A stretch of 22,881 bases of DNA, counting the filler, from Methanobacteriota archaeon (lineage in GTDB: Archaea; JACRDV01), in the NCBI GenBank assembly GCA_024860865.1. It is 2 parts of 2 records of this genome, joined end to end, with 100 filler letters (N's around TTAATTAATTAA, not from the genome) between each part and the next. Parts side by side here need not be neighbours in the genome. Positions count along the whole stretch, not along the records: positions 6,557 to 22,881 come from JACRDV010000055.1; 1 more part is not named here. The stretch is one strand, 5' to 3'. Positions 7,781 to 17,331 of the stretch are shown piece by piece. The translations under genes and the position numbers were made by a program. The notes beneath the pieces are model-generated. The model ran no database searches, was not told the DNA's origin, and saw only the letters and a list, made by a program, of their open reading frames with translations. The stretch's first letter is position 1; each line of letters begins with the position of its first letter.

Positions 7781-9148
7781 TTGGGAAAATTATTTGGAAC
7801 TTCTGGCATTAGAGCAGTTATAAATGAACAATTAACTCCAGATTTAGCCATTAAAGCAGGACTAGCGCTCGGAACTTATCTTGAAAATAAGGGGAAGGTA
7901 ATTATTGGAAGAGATACAAGAACCTCTGGCGAAATGCTGGAACATGCCGTAAGCTCAGGGTTGCTAGCAGCAGGCTGTGATGTCCTTAAAATTGGAGTTG
8001 CTCCAACCCCTACAACTAGTTTTTCAACAAAGTACTTCCAAGCAAGTGCTGGTGTTATAATAACTGCTTCTCATAATCCTCCTGAGTATAATGGAATAAA
8101 ATTTTTTAATAATACAACAATTGCATTTACTCCGGAACAGGAAGAAAAAATTGAACCGATTATCTTGAAGGAAAGGTATAAGCTAGCTGAATGGGATAAA
8201 GTTGGAAAGGCTAAAACAATAGATACGGCAATTGAAGCCCACATTAAAACAATACTATCCCACATAAAAGCATGTAATGGGTTAGAAATCGTTGTAGATT
8301 GCGGCAATGGGGCAACTTCTCTATTGACTCCTTTTTTATTGAAAGATTTGGGATGCAAGGTTATCGCTCTAAATGCACAGCCGGATGGATTTTTTCCAGG
8401 TCGTTCCCCTGAACCAATCCCTGAAAATCTCCAAAATTTAATTGATGTTATAAAGGCAACCAATGCTGACCTTGGAATTGCTCATGATGGCGATGGGGAT
8501 CGAATAGTTGTTATTGATGAAAGAGGAAATTTTGTTTCACCAGATAGGCTATTTGCATTAATTGCTTCAAATGTTATTAAAGAAAACAAAGGCGGCACTA
8601 TTGTCACAACAGTTGATGCTTCAATGTGCATTGATGAAGCTGTAAATAAAGTTGGCGGAAAAATTATCAAAACTAAAGTTGGAGATACTGCTGTAGCTCT
8701 CTCAGTTTGTAAATATAATGGTATCCTTGGCGGGGAGCCAAGCGGAACTTTCATTATCCCGGAAATTAACCTGTGCCCAGATGCCCCTCTTGCGGCAGCA
8801 AAGATAATCGAACTTCTTTGCAAAACTAAGGCGAAAATTTCTGATTTATTAAAAGGAATTCCTGAGTATCCGATTTTAAGGTCAAAAATAAGTTGTCCTC
8901 AACATATTAAAGAGCGAATTATGAATAAATTAAAAACAACAATCAACAAGGTTTTTCCAAACGCTCAAATAGAAGAAATCGATGGATTAAGATTAAATCT
9001 TAAAGATAGTTGGATAATAGTTCGGCCTTCGGGTACTGAATCTGTCATTCGTTTGGCTGCTGAAGCCCAAAGAAAAAAAGAAGCTGAAGAATTGATGTCA
9101 AAAGTTTCTGAATTAGTCAAAAAAGAGATCCAAATGGGGTCGAAGTGA
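7781..9148 (+). CDS. glmM: Phosphoglucosamine mutase / phosphohexomutase
   Basis: LFGTSGIR, TASHNPPEYNG (phosphoserine loop), DGDGDR (metal loop), RPSGTE; adjacent to glmU. Confidence 0.88.
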   Translation: MGKLFGTSGIRAVINEQLTPDLAIKAGLALGTYLENKGKVIIGRDTRTSGEMLEHAVSSGLLAAGCDVLKIGVAPTPTTSFSTKYFQASAGVIITASHNPPEYNGIKFFNNTTIAFTPEQEEKIEPIILKERYKLAEWDKVGKAKTIDTAIEAHIKTILSHIKACNGLEIVVDCGNGATSLLTPFLLKDLGCKVIALNAQPDGFFPGRSPEPIPENLQNLIDVIKATNADLGIAHDGDGDRIVVIDERGNFVSPDRLFALIASNVIKENKGGTIVTTVDASMCIDEAVNKVGGKIIKTKVGDTAVALSVCKYNGILGGEPSGTFIIPEINLCPDAPLAAAKIIELLCKTKAKISDLLKGIPEYPILRSKISCPQHIKERIMNKLKTTINKVFPNAQIEEIDGLRLNLKDSWIIVRPSGTESVIRLAAEAQRKKEAEELMSKVSELVKKEIQMGSK

Positions 9149-10410
9149 AAGCAGTAATCCTAGCGGCTGGTAAAGGCACGCGAATGCAACCTTTAACCAA
9201 TACACGAGCAAAGTTAATGTTGCCGATTGCTAATAAGCCAGTGATCGAGCACGTAATTAGAGCGGTAATTAATGCTGATCTACGGGATATCTTTTTAGTA
9301 GTTGGATACCGAAAAGAACAAATTATCGAGTATCTCAAAAATCGAAAACTCCCAGCTCAAATTAGCTTTATTGAACAAGAGCAACAACTTGGAACTGCAC
9401 ATGCAGTTAGTATAGTGAAAAACAAGGTTAAAGATGAGCCGTTTGTCGTAATTAATGGAGATATCTTAGTTAAACCAAGTATAATTATTCAAGCAGTTAA
9501 AACCCACCAAGAAAAAAAAGCCTCTGCAACTTTAACACTCGTTGAAGTAGAAGATCCTTCATCATACGGAGTAGTTAAAATCGAGCAAGATGGGGAAATT
9601 AAAAAAATTGTTGAAAAACCAAAAGCAAGCGAAGCTCCAAGCAATTTTGCAAACGCTGGCCTTTATGTCTTTAGTTCAGATATCTTCGATGCTATAGAAA
9701 AAACTACAAAATCAACTCGCGGTGAGCTAGAAATAACTGCTTCTATTCAAAACTTAATCAACTGGAAAAAACGAGTTTACGGCTTATTTTCAAAGGATTA
9801 TTGGATGGAGATAAGCAAACCTTGGGATTTGCTCAGAGCAAATCAAGTGGTGCTCAAAAAGATTGAATCGCAAATCCTAGGAAATATTGAAGAGAGAGCG
9901 ACTTTAAAAGGTCCAGTCCAAGTTGGCGATGGAACAACAATTAGAAATGGAGCTTACACCCAAGGTCCAGTGGTTATCGGGGAGAATTGCGATATTGGTC
10001 CTAATTGTTATATCAGGCCATATACTAGCATTGGCAATAAGGTTCGAATTGGGAATGCCGTTGAAGTGAAAAACTCAATAATAATGGATTATGCTCACAT
10101 TGGACATCTATCATACATCGGTGATTCCATAATAGGAGAAAAGTGTAATTTTGGGGCTGGAACAAAAATTGCAAACCTTCGTTTTGATGAAGGACCCATT
10201 CAAGTTAAAATAAAAGAGCAATTAGAAAACAGTAAGCTCAGAAAATTCGGAGCAATAATCGGAGATAACGTTAAAACGGGAATTGGTGTTTTAATCAATC
10301 CAGGTATTAAAATAGGTTCAAATGCAAGAATTGGACCTGGAATCGTTGTTTATGAAGATGTAGAACCTGGGGCATTATTGCTTCTAGACCAAAAAATTAT
10401 AAAAAAATAA
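9145..10410 (+). CDS. glmU: Bifunctional sugar-1-phosphate nucleotidylyltransferase/acetyltransferase (archaeal GlmU-type)
   Basis: ILAAGKGTRM, LGTAHA, VEKP and C-terminal hexapeptide repeats (GNAVEVKNS, HLSYIGDS, GAGT..ANLRFD). Confidence 0.9.
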   Translation: MKAVILAAGKGTRMQPLTNTRAKLMLPIANKPVIEHVIRAVINADLRDIFLVVGYRKEQIIEYLKNRKLPAQISFIEQEQQLGTAHAVSIVKNKVKDEPFVVINGDILVKPSIIIQAVKTHQEKKASATLTLVEVEDPSSYGVVKIEQDGEIKKIVEKPKASEAPSNFANAGLYVFSSDIFDAIEKTTKSTRGELEITASIQNLINWKKRVYGLFSKDYWMEISKPWDLLRANQVVLKKIESQILGNIEERATLKGPVQVGDGTTIRNGAYTQGPVVIGENCDIGPNCYIRPYTSIGNKVRIGNAVEVKNSIIMDYAHIGHLSYIGDSIIGEKCNFGAGTKIANLRFDEGPIQVKIKEQLENSKLRKFGAIIGDNVKTGIGVLINPGIKIGSNARIGPGIVVYEDVEPGALLLLDQKIIKK

Positions 10411-10513
10411 TTTAAAAAAATTTCATTTGAAAGATTTGCATCGAATTCAAAAATATCATTTTTATAATTATTTTGCAATTTTATTTATAAATACCAGTAT
10501 TATAACTCAGCAT

Positions 10514-10565
10514 AAAATATTTAAATTCGAAATAATTCGAAATTATTATTCACTGATGCGGTGAG
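10514..10565 (+). promoter_or_regulatory. TATA box (TTTAAA 10520-10525) and SD (GGTGAG 10560-10565) of the DUF2095 gene
   Basis: AAAATATTTAAA motif, also present upstream of ychF (10999-11010). Followed by tandem TTCGAA palindromes. Confidence 0.5.
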
Positions 10566-10570
10566 TCACT

Positions 10571-10903
10571 ATAAAAGAGAGGATAAGAAAGCGATTTCCA
10601 GCTTTGATGAAGGAGCTTAAAGAACATGAAGTTGTTAAGATAGACTCCGTTAGAACAGATGCCAATGAAGGAGAAAGTGCTGCTCAGAAAGACCTTTCAG
10701 GGTACGTCCCCGGAGTTATTGATTATCTTAGAAGGTGCGAGACTGATGAAGAGGCCCTTCAAATAATTGGTTACCTAGAGGAGAAAGGGGAAATTTCGAA
10801 CGATTATGCAAAGAGATTGCGCTCACAGCTAATACAAAAAGGCGTGCGCAGTTTTGGTCCAAAAAAGGCTCATGGTCACTATGAGAAGTATGGAGGGCGC
10901 TAA
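10571..10903 (+). CDS. DUF2095 (COG4003) family conserved archaeal protein
   Basis: GYVPGVIDYLRRCETDEEALQIIGYLEEKGEI...GVRSFGPKK..GHY. The family-like RFPALMKEL segment begins upstream of the ORF-track TTG at 10604; ATA start at 10571 is inferred. Confidence 0.8.
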   Translation: MKERIRKRFPALMKELKEHEVVKIDSVRTDANEGESAAQKDLSGYVPGVIDYLRRCETDEEALQIIGYLEEKGEISNDYAKRLRSQLIQKGVRSFGPKKAHGHYEKYGGR

Positions 10904-11075
10904 TTAAAGCCCCACTCTTTTATTTTCTTTAAGTTTTTAAAATTGATTTAAACTAATTCCGTAAGTTAGTCTTTATAACACCTAACTAGGATACCACTAA
11001 AATATTTAAAATAATACAAAATAGAATAATAGGCTAATATTTTGATATTTTTGCACTGAAGAAGGCTGTTCTAAA

Positions 11076-12284
11076 ATGATTACAGGTTTGGTTGGAAAGA
11101 CAAATGTAGGAAAGAGTTGTTTCTTTGCAGCAGCAACTCTAGTTGAGGTACCAATAAGCAATTATCCATTTACTACAATTGATCCAAACCGTGGAATAGC
11201 ATTTGTCCAAGGCAAGTGCTTATGTAAAGAATTTAACGTAGAGTGCAATCCAAGAAATTCGCAATGTAAAGATGGTTTAAGATTAATTCCAATTAACATC
11301 ATAGACGTCGCAGGTTTAGTTCCTGGAGCTCACATGGGCAGGGGCTTAGGGAACAAGTTCTTAGATGACCTAAGACAAGCTGATGCATTCATCCATATAG
11401 TCGATGCTGCTGGAAGCACTGATGAAGAAGGTCGGCCCTGTAAGCCAGGCACTCGAGATCCAGTTGATGATGTGCGCTTTCTGGAAGTCGAACTAACTAT
11501 GTGGATGTATGGAATAATTCGTAAGGATTGGGATAAACTAGCCCGCAGAATTGAGGGGGAGAAGTTGAACATATACCATGCTATTGCTGAGCGTCTAAGT
11601 GGTATTGGAGTTACTGAACTTGATGTGAAAAAAGCTATCGGACTGGTTGGATTAGACATAGTTTATCCCTCTCGCTGGACTGATGAAGACCTCAAAAAGT
11701 TCGCCTCAGAGTTGCGAAGAATTAATAAACCAATGATTATCGCAGCTAATAAGGCTGATATTCCAATTGCAGAAGAAAACATAAAAAGACTAAAAGAAGA
11801 GTGCAAAGACTATATCATTGTTCCAACTTCCTCTGAAGCTGAATTATTGCTTCGTCGCGCAAATGAAAAGGGTTTAATTGAGTACACACCAGGTAATAAA
11901 GAGTTTAAAATAAATGACCTAAAGAAACTTGATCCCAAACAAATCAAGGCCTTAGAGCTTGTTCAGGGATTGATCCTAAATAAATGGGGATCTACTGGAG
12001 TTCAAGAGGCCATTGATAAAGCTGTGTTTGACCTGCTCAAACTAATAGTAATATATCCAGTAGAAGATGAAAACAAATTAACAGATAAAGATGGGAACGT
12101 TTTGCCAGATGCGCTTCTCTTGCCACAAGGCTCAACTGCTAGAGATCTAGCTTATAAAATTCACACAGACTTAGGTGAAACATTTGTTAGAGCCATTGAC
12201 TGCCGAACTAAACGACATATTAGTGCTGACTATCAGCTGAAAAATTATGATGTGATTAAGATTATTGCAACAGCTGGGAAATAA
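11076..12284 (+). CDS. ychF: Obg-family YchF-like GTPase/ATPase with C-terminal TGS domain
   Basis: GLVGKTNVGKS, NYPFTTIDPN, DVAGLVPGAH.GRGLGNKFLDDLR, ANKAD and a TGS tail (LAYKIHTDL). Confidence 0.93.
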   Translation: MITGLVGKTNVGKSCFFAAATLVEVPISNYPFTTIDPNRGIAFVQGKCLCKEFNVECNPRNSQCKDGLRLIPINIIDVAGLVPGAHMGRGLGNKFLDDLRQADAFIHIVDAAGSTDEEGRPCKPGTRDPVDDVRFLEVELTMWMYGIIRKDWDKLARRIEGEKLNIYHAIAERLSGIGVTELDVKKAIGLVGLDIVYPSRWTDEDLKKFASELRRINKPMIIAANKADIPIAEENIKRLKEECKDYIIVPTSSEAELLLRRANEKGLIEYTPGNKEFKINDLKKLDPKQIKALELVQGLILNKWGSTGVQEAIDKAVFDLLKLIVIYPVEDENKLTDKDGNVLPDALLLPQGSTARDLAYKIHTDLGETFVRAIDCRTKRHISADYQLKNYDVIKIIATAGK

Positions 12285-12285
12285 A

Positions 12286-13869
12286 ATGGTAAAAATTCTA
12301 GTATGCGATCGTATCGATGAAGATGGGATTAAAACACTGAGAAGTATCGGTGAGACAGAAGTAGCTATTGGTCTCCCAAAAGATGAATTATTAAAGAAAA
12401 TTCAAAATGTTGATGCGGTAGTTGTTAGAAGTGCAACCAAAGTTACAGCTGATTTAATTAATGCCGCTCAGAAATTGAAAGTAATCGCTAGAGCTGGAGT
12501 TGGTGTTGATAACATAGATGTCCCTGCTGCAACTAGAAAAGGTATTTTAGTCATAAATGCCCCGGACTCTAGCTCAATTGCTGTAGCTGAGCATGTTATT
12601 GGTTTAATGCTTGCTTTAACTAGAAAAATAGCTATCTCAAATATGAGCTTAAAAAGCGGAAAGTGGGAGAAAGGTAAATTCTTGGGAGTTGAGCTCTCAG
12701 GAAAATTACTTGGTATTATTGGACTTGGCAGGATTGGCACTCAAGTTGCTCTTCGGGCAAAAGCACTTGGTCTGAGGGTTGCTGCATTCGACCCATATGT
12801 CACTGAAAAAGCTGCTGAAGAATTAGGCATTAAATTAGTTGATCTTGAGACATTGTTAAAGGAATCTGATATTATTACTATTCACGTTCCTCTTACTCCT
12901 GAAACTAAATATCTCATTGGGGAAAAACAGCTGAGCCTAATGAAGAGCAATGCATTTTTAATTAATACGTCTCGTGGCGGTGTAGTAAATGAAAAAGCAT
13001 TGTGCATCGCTTTAAAAGGAAAGAAAATAGCTGGAGCTGCACTTGATGTTTTTGAAGCTGAACCCCCAATTGAGAACCCCTTGCTGGAACTAGAAAATGT
13101 CGTAGTTACGCCGCATATTGGAGGTTCAACAGAAGAAGCACAACGGAGCGCTGCCATGGCTGTTGCAAGCGAAATAATAAATGTGCTCCAAGGCAAACCA
13201 GTTCGCAACGTTGTTAACATGCCAATTATAGATCCCGAAACACTGCGAAAATTAGAGCCTTTCTTACCGCTAGCTGAAAAATTAGGAAGATTTGCCACAC
13301 AGCTAAGCGAAGGTAGGATAACTGAAGTTCACATCACTTATTGCGGAGAGTTAGTAAATATCGAGCAACTTAATTTGTTAACAAGTACTCTTCTAAAGGG
13401 TTTGTTGGATAGAATACTAACTCAACCAATAAATGTAATAAATGCGCCTTTTGTAGCGAAAAGCCGTGGAATCAAAGTTATTGAAAGCAAAACTGAAGTA
13501 GTTGACCATTTCCCAAATGAAGTTATTCTAAAAGTAAAGGCTGAGAAAACCGAGATAGAAGTAAAAGGGACTTTACTTGGAAAAGAGCCTAGAGTAATAA
13601 GCATAGATGAGTATAAGATTGATTTGCCCTTAGATGGGCGAATTGTGCTAGTCAGTCATTTAGATCGACCTGGTATGATAGGAAAAATTGCATCAGTATT
13701 TGGAGAGCATAGTATCAATATTGCAACTATGCAAGTCGGTCGAAAAGAACCTGGTGGCATTCAATTAATGGTCTTAAAGATTGACCACCCGATGTCAGAA
13801 CCGGCATTAAAAGCTTTGAAGCATGTAGATGGCATTAAAGATGTTGATGTAGCAGAGATGGAGGTATAA
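12286..13869 (+). CDS. serA: D-3-phosphoglycerate dehydrogenase, long form with ASB and ACT domains
   Basis: RAGVGVDNID, GLGRIG, HVPLT, NTSRGG, LDVFEAEP, TPHIGGSTEEAQ and ACT DRPGMIG. ATG at 12286 (MVKILVCD) is preferred over the track start at 12265. Confidence 0.96.
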   Translation: MVKILVCDRIDEDGIKTLRSIGETEVAIGLPKDELLKKIQNVDAVVVRSATKVTADLINAAQKLKVIARAGVGVDNIDVPAATRKGILVINAPDSSSIAVAEHVIGLMLALTRKIAISNMSLKSGKWEKGKFLGVELSGKLLGIIGLGRIGTQVALRAKALGLRVAAFDPYVTEKAAEELGIKLVDLETLLKESDIITIHVPLTPETKYLIGEKQLSLMKSNAFLINTSRGGVVNEKALCIALKGKKIAGAALDVFEAEPPIENPLLELENVVVTPHIGGSTEEAQRSAAMAVASEIINVLQGKPVRNVVNMPIIDPETLRKLEPFLPLAEKLGRFATQLSEGRITEVHITYCGELVNIEQLNLLTSTLLKGLLDRILTQPINVINAPFVAKSRGIKVIESKTEVVDHFPNEVILKVKAEKTEIEVKGTLLGKEPRVISIDEYKIDLPLDGRIVLVSHLDRPGMIGKIASVFGEHSINIATMQVGRKEPGGIQLMVLKIDHPMSEPALKALKHVDGIKDVDVAEMEV

Positions 13870-13872
13870 AAT

Positions 13873-14292
13873 ATTACCTGGCAGAAACTAAAAGTTCGCG
13901 ATGTGATGACTCGTGGTGTTATCACCGTTCGACCAGAAACGCTTGTGATTGAAGCTGCTAATATAATGGCAAAAAGCAAAGTCTCAGGTTTATGTGTTGT
14001 CGATGAAATAGGTGAAGGCATTGGTACTATAACAGAGACAGACCTTGTGAATGCACTAAGCCATAAAAAATCAGTCAAACACCTTAAAGTAGTGAATATA
14101 ATGACAGAAACTGTATTAACAGTCAAACCAGAAATGACCCTACAGGAAGTAGTTAAAATAATGGAAAAGAAAGAAGTTGGTAGGTTATTTGTGCTCTCGC
14201 CCCGTGGTTTAGCTGTCCCTACATTAAAGCGACCAATTGGTGTTGTCAGCGCAAGCGATATCATTCGAGTCATAGCTGAAGAAAAGGTATAG
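13873..14292 (+). CDS. CBS-domain pair protein
   Basis: [14 protein letters not shown]...GTITETDL and [14 protein letters not shown]...GVVSASDII. The first CBS strand lies upstream of the track GTG at 13903; ATT start at 13873 is inferred. Confidence 0.88.
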   Translation: MTWQKLKVRDVMTRGVITVRPETLVIEAANIMAKSKVSGLCVVDEIGEGIGTITETDLVNALSHKKSVKHLKVVNIMTETVLTVKPEMTLQEVVKIMEKKEVGRLFVLSPRGLAVPTLKRPIGVVSASDIIRVIAEEKV

Positions 14293-14303
14293 GAGGTACA
14301 TCA

Positions 14304-14891
14304 TTGTCAATGTATAAACAACTTTCAAAAACTTGGCAATCCATAAAGGAAAGCCCAGAATTGCTGCAGTTAATGCGAGAGAGATTGCCTAAATGGCGGA
14401 GAGGTGCATCGGTTAAACGAATTGAACGCCCGCTAAGAATTGACCGGGCTAGAGCTCTCGGATATAAAGCTAAACAAGGTTTTGTAATCGCACGAGCTCG
14501 CATTCGGCGCGGTGGATCGCATAAAATACGGCCGAAAGCTGGGCGCAAACCAAAAGCCATGGGTGTAGTTAAGTTTTCACCAGGTAAGAGCCTGCAATGG
14601 ATTGCTGAAGAACGAGCTGCTAAGAAATTCCCAAATTTAGAGGTATTAAACTCATACTATGTCTGGGAAGATGGTATTAGCAAATACTATGAAGTCATCC
14701 TAGTCGATCCAAATCATCCGGTGATTAAAAATGATCCCACCATTAATTGGATCTGTGAAAAACATCATCGAGGAAGAGTATTCCGGGGATTAACAAGCGC
14801 TGGCAAGAGGGCAAGAGGGCTATACAGGAAAGGACGTGGTGCAGAGAAAGTCAGACCAAGCATAAGAGCACACCAACGCAAAGGTAAGTGA
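14304..14891 (+). CDS. rpl15e: 50S ribosomal protein L15e
   Basis: [37 protein letters not shown] and [16 protein letters not shown] with TTG start. Confidence 0.97.
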   Translation: MSMYKQLSKTWQSIKESPELLQLMRERLPKWRRGASVKRIERPLRIDRARALGYKAKQGFVIARARIRRGGSHKIRPKAGRKPKAMGVVKFSPGKSLQWIAEERAAKKFPNLEVLNSYYVWEDGISKYYEVILVDPNHPVIKNDPTINWICEKHHRGRVFRGLTSAGKRARGLYRKGRGAEKVRPSIRAHQRKGK

Positions 14892-14906
14892 GTTTGAGGG
14901 TAACCT

Positions 14907-15344
14907 GTGGAAGAAGAAAGCGCTCCGATACGGGGCGTTACTCTTTCTGTTTTTTCTCATGCAACAGAAGATGAAAACAAGGTTTTAAAGGCTCTTTCTA
15001 TCTTGATCCCGGATGAATGCAGGGGAGGGATATCAGTAACACACACTGAGGGACATTACAGTAATCCTATAACAGTGTACCAAATAAAACTCGCTAAGAG
15101 AAGTTATATTGAGTCATTTATAAAGTTATTAGAACAAAAACTTCAATCAAAATTATCTCCTATGGATATTGAACGGCGCCTAGATCAAAAAAAATGTCTC
15201 TATCTTAGATTCGACAAACAAATAGCCCATATAAAAAAGAAGCTTGAGTTAACCTCAGCGAGCGATGCAATTCAAGTTAAGTTGGATTTTGATATTCCTA
15301 GGAATAAAATCCTTGAAGCACTGCAATTGAAAAATTTGGTGTAA
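14907..15344 (+). CDS. DUF54/COG1325 RNA-binding protein of the exosome superoperon
   Basis: HATEDENKV, EGHYSNPI and LYLRFDKQ motifs; conserved position between rpl15e and rnp3. Confidence 0.88.
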   Translation: MEEESAPIRGVTLSVFSHATEDENKVLKALSILIPDECRGGISVTHTEGHYSNPITVYQIKLAKRSYIESFIKLLEQKLQSKLSPMDIERRLDQKKCLYLRFDKQIAHIKKKLELTSASDAIQVKLDFDIPRNKILEALQLKNLV

Positions 15345-15346
15345 AT

Positions 15347-16078
15347 ATGAAGGATAGATTCTATGACTTGCATGCTCATTCTTTTTTTTCTTGCGGGACT
15401 GACTCGCCCACCAGATTGATTTTGCATGCTAAAAGACTAGGTTGGCACGGATTGGCAATAACGGATTATCATCCAGTCAATCTAAACTTGTTTGAAAAAA
15501 TAGAAAGTATCATGAAAAAAACTTTCTCAAATTTTGATGTCATCATTGGAGTTGAAATAAAGACTGAAAAAATTTCAGAGCTAAAAACTGCTTTAAATAA
15601 ATTGCGACCAATTGCAGATGTGATTCTAGTTAATAGCCAGGATATTAAGGTGATTCGTGCAGCAACAAAGGATTCTCGTGTTGATATAATAGCCCAAGAG
15701 AATTTTACAAAAGAAAAAATTGACCCGACTTTATTCAAATTTGCTGCCAAATCTAAAGTTTGTTTTGAAATAAACTTGCGCAATTTACTTCAAAGCCAAG
15801 GGGCACATCGCACTCATCTTTTCAAGTTAATTTCTAAAGAGATTCATCTTGTAAGAAAATTTGGAGCCAAAATAGTAATAACAAATGGAGCTTGCTCTTG
15901 GCTCGATATAAGGGCCCCTCTCGAAATTATTGCTTTGGCCAAGTGTCTTGGGCTATCAAAAGAAGAAGCTCTATCAGCTATCTCTAAAGTTCCATATGAA
16001 ATAATCTCATTAAACCGTGAAAAACGCAAACCTGACTTTATAATGAAGGGTATAAAAATAATAAAAAAGGGCGTTTAA
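15347..16078 (+). CDS. rnp3: Ribonuclease P protein component 3 (Rpp30)
   Basis: PHP-like TIM barrel, VCFEINL, and TNGACSWLDIRAP.E...L...LGL; position in the superoperon. Confidence 0.9.
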   Translation: MKDRFYDLHAHSFFSCGTDSPTRLILHAKRLGWHGLAITDYHPVNLNLFEKIESIMKKTFSNFDVIIGVEIKTEKISELKTALNKLRPIADVILVNSQDIKVIRAATKDSRVDIIAQENFTKEKIDPTLFKFAAKSKVCFEINLRNLLQSQGAHRTHLFKLISKEIHLVRKFGAKIVITNGACSWLDIRAPLEIIALAKCLGLSKEEALSAISKVPYEIISLNREKRKPDFIMKGIKIIKKGV

Positions 16079-16600
16079 ATGCATGCAAGACACCGCTATT
16101 TGGCCTTTACGATATTGTCAGAAAAGGAAAAAATACCGCGTGAAGTAGCTATTCGAACAATATGGCAGTCTGTCTTTAGATTTTTCGGCGAACTTAAAGC
16201 CAGCGAATTTGATCTTTGGATTATGGCCTATGACGAAATCGAACGAAAAGGTATTGTTCGTTGTAGTTTAGGATTGGTCGATTTACTCCGGGCAAGCTTG
16301 GCCACTGTTACTGAAATAGATGGAAAGCGTGCAGCTTTTCATGTGCTAGGTACATCTGGAACAGTTAAAGCTGCTACCAAAAAGTTTTTAACTAAGCATG
16401 AAAAAGTTCATAAAATTACAGAAATTGAACAAAAAATTGAATTAATTAACGTTTCTGGTGATGTAGTTCGCATTAATCCTTGTGGAGAAATAGATATACT
16501 ACCTGATGCAAAATCAAGAAAAATTAGTGAAAGAACCAAGTCTAATTTTATTGGTCTCACTATCTTTGATTTAGAAATTCTAAAAAAAGGGAGTGTTTGA
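16079..16600 (+). CDS. rnp2: Ribonuclease P protein component 2 (Pop5) with C-terminal extension
   Basis: RHRYLAF, FFGE, GIVRC and LGTSGTVKAA..KF. Confidence 0.9.
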   Translation: MHARHRYLAFTILSEKEKIPREVAIRTIWQSVFRFFGELKASEFDLWIMAYDEIERKGIVRCSLGLVDLLRASLATVTEIDGKRAAFHVLGTSGTVKAATKKFLTKHEKVHKITEIEQKIELINVSGDVVRINPCGEIDILPDAKSRKISERTKSNFIGLTIFDLEILKKGSV

Positions 16601-16601
16601 T

Positions 16602-17330
16602 ATGCAACCAGTACCATTTGGATATGATAGAGCAATCACGGTATTTAGCCCTGATGGACGGCTTTTCCAAGTTGAATATGCGCGCGAAGCCGTCAAACGA
16701 GGTACAACTTCTATCGGAATTAAGTGCAAAGATGGAGTTGCCTTTATAGTTGACAAACGCATAACAAGCAAACTTATTGAACCAATATCTATCGAAAAAA
16801 TCTTTCAAATTGATGAACATATTGGAGCTGCTACATCTGGGCTAGTAGCTGATGCAAGAGTGTTAATCGAAAGGGCGCGTGTCGAAGCTCAAGTGAACAG
16901 AATAACCTATAATATGCCTATCAGCGTTGAAATACTTGCCAAACGCATTTGCGACTTTAAACAACTTTATACACAGCATGGCGGTGTGCGCCCATTTGGA
17001 ACTGCACTCATCGTTGGCGGAGTTAATGGTGATAGTTGCCGTCTTTTTGAAACAGACCCTAGCGGGGCTCTAATCGAGTACAAAGCAACAGCAATTGGTG
17101 CAGGTCGCGCTACTGTGCTTGAAACGTTTGAAAATAAGTACAAAGAGGACATGACTTTAGATGAAATAATCGAACTTTCCATTAAGGCTCTATATGAAGC
17201 TACTGAGGGTAAACTTAACATCGAAGGAATCGAAATGGCCGTCATTGATGCTAAGACCAAAAAATTTAGGAAGCTAGAAGACGAAGAGATCAAAAAATAC
17301 GCAGAGAAGGCCTTAGCTAAAGCTGGTTAA
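16602..17330 (+). CDS. psmA: Proteasome subunit alpha
   Basis: GYDRAITVFSPDGRLFQVEYAREAV, YTQHGGVRPFG and ETDPSGA. The ATG at 16602 follows a GGGAGTG SD. Confidence 0.98.
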   Translation: MQPVPFGYDRAITVFSPDGRLFQVEYAREAVKRGTTSIGIKCKDGVAFIVDKRITSKLIEPISIEKIFQIDEHIGAATSGLVADARVLIERARVEAQVNRITYNMPISVEILAKRICDFKQLYTQHGGVRPFGTALIVGGVNGDSCRLFETDPSGALIEYKATAIGAGRATVLETFENKYKEDMTLDEIIELSIKALYEATEGKLNIEGIEMAVIDAKTKKFRKLEDEEIKKYAEKALAKAG

Positions 17331-17331
17331 A

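Noticed and set aside
10526-10541. Tandem TTCGAA palindromes downstream of the DUF2095 TATA box
   Set aside because: Too short in AT-rich DNA to call an operator without comparative data.
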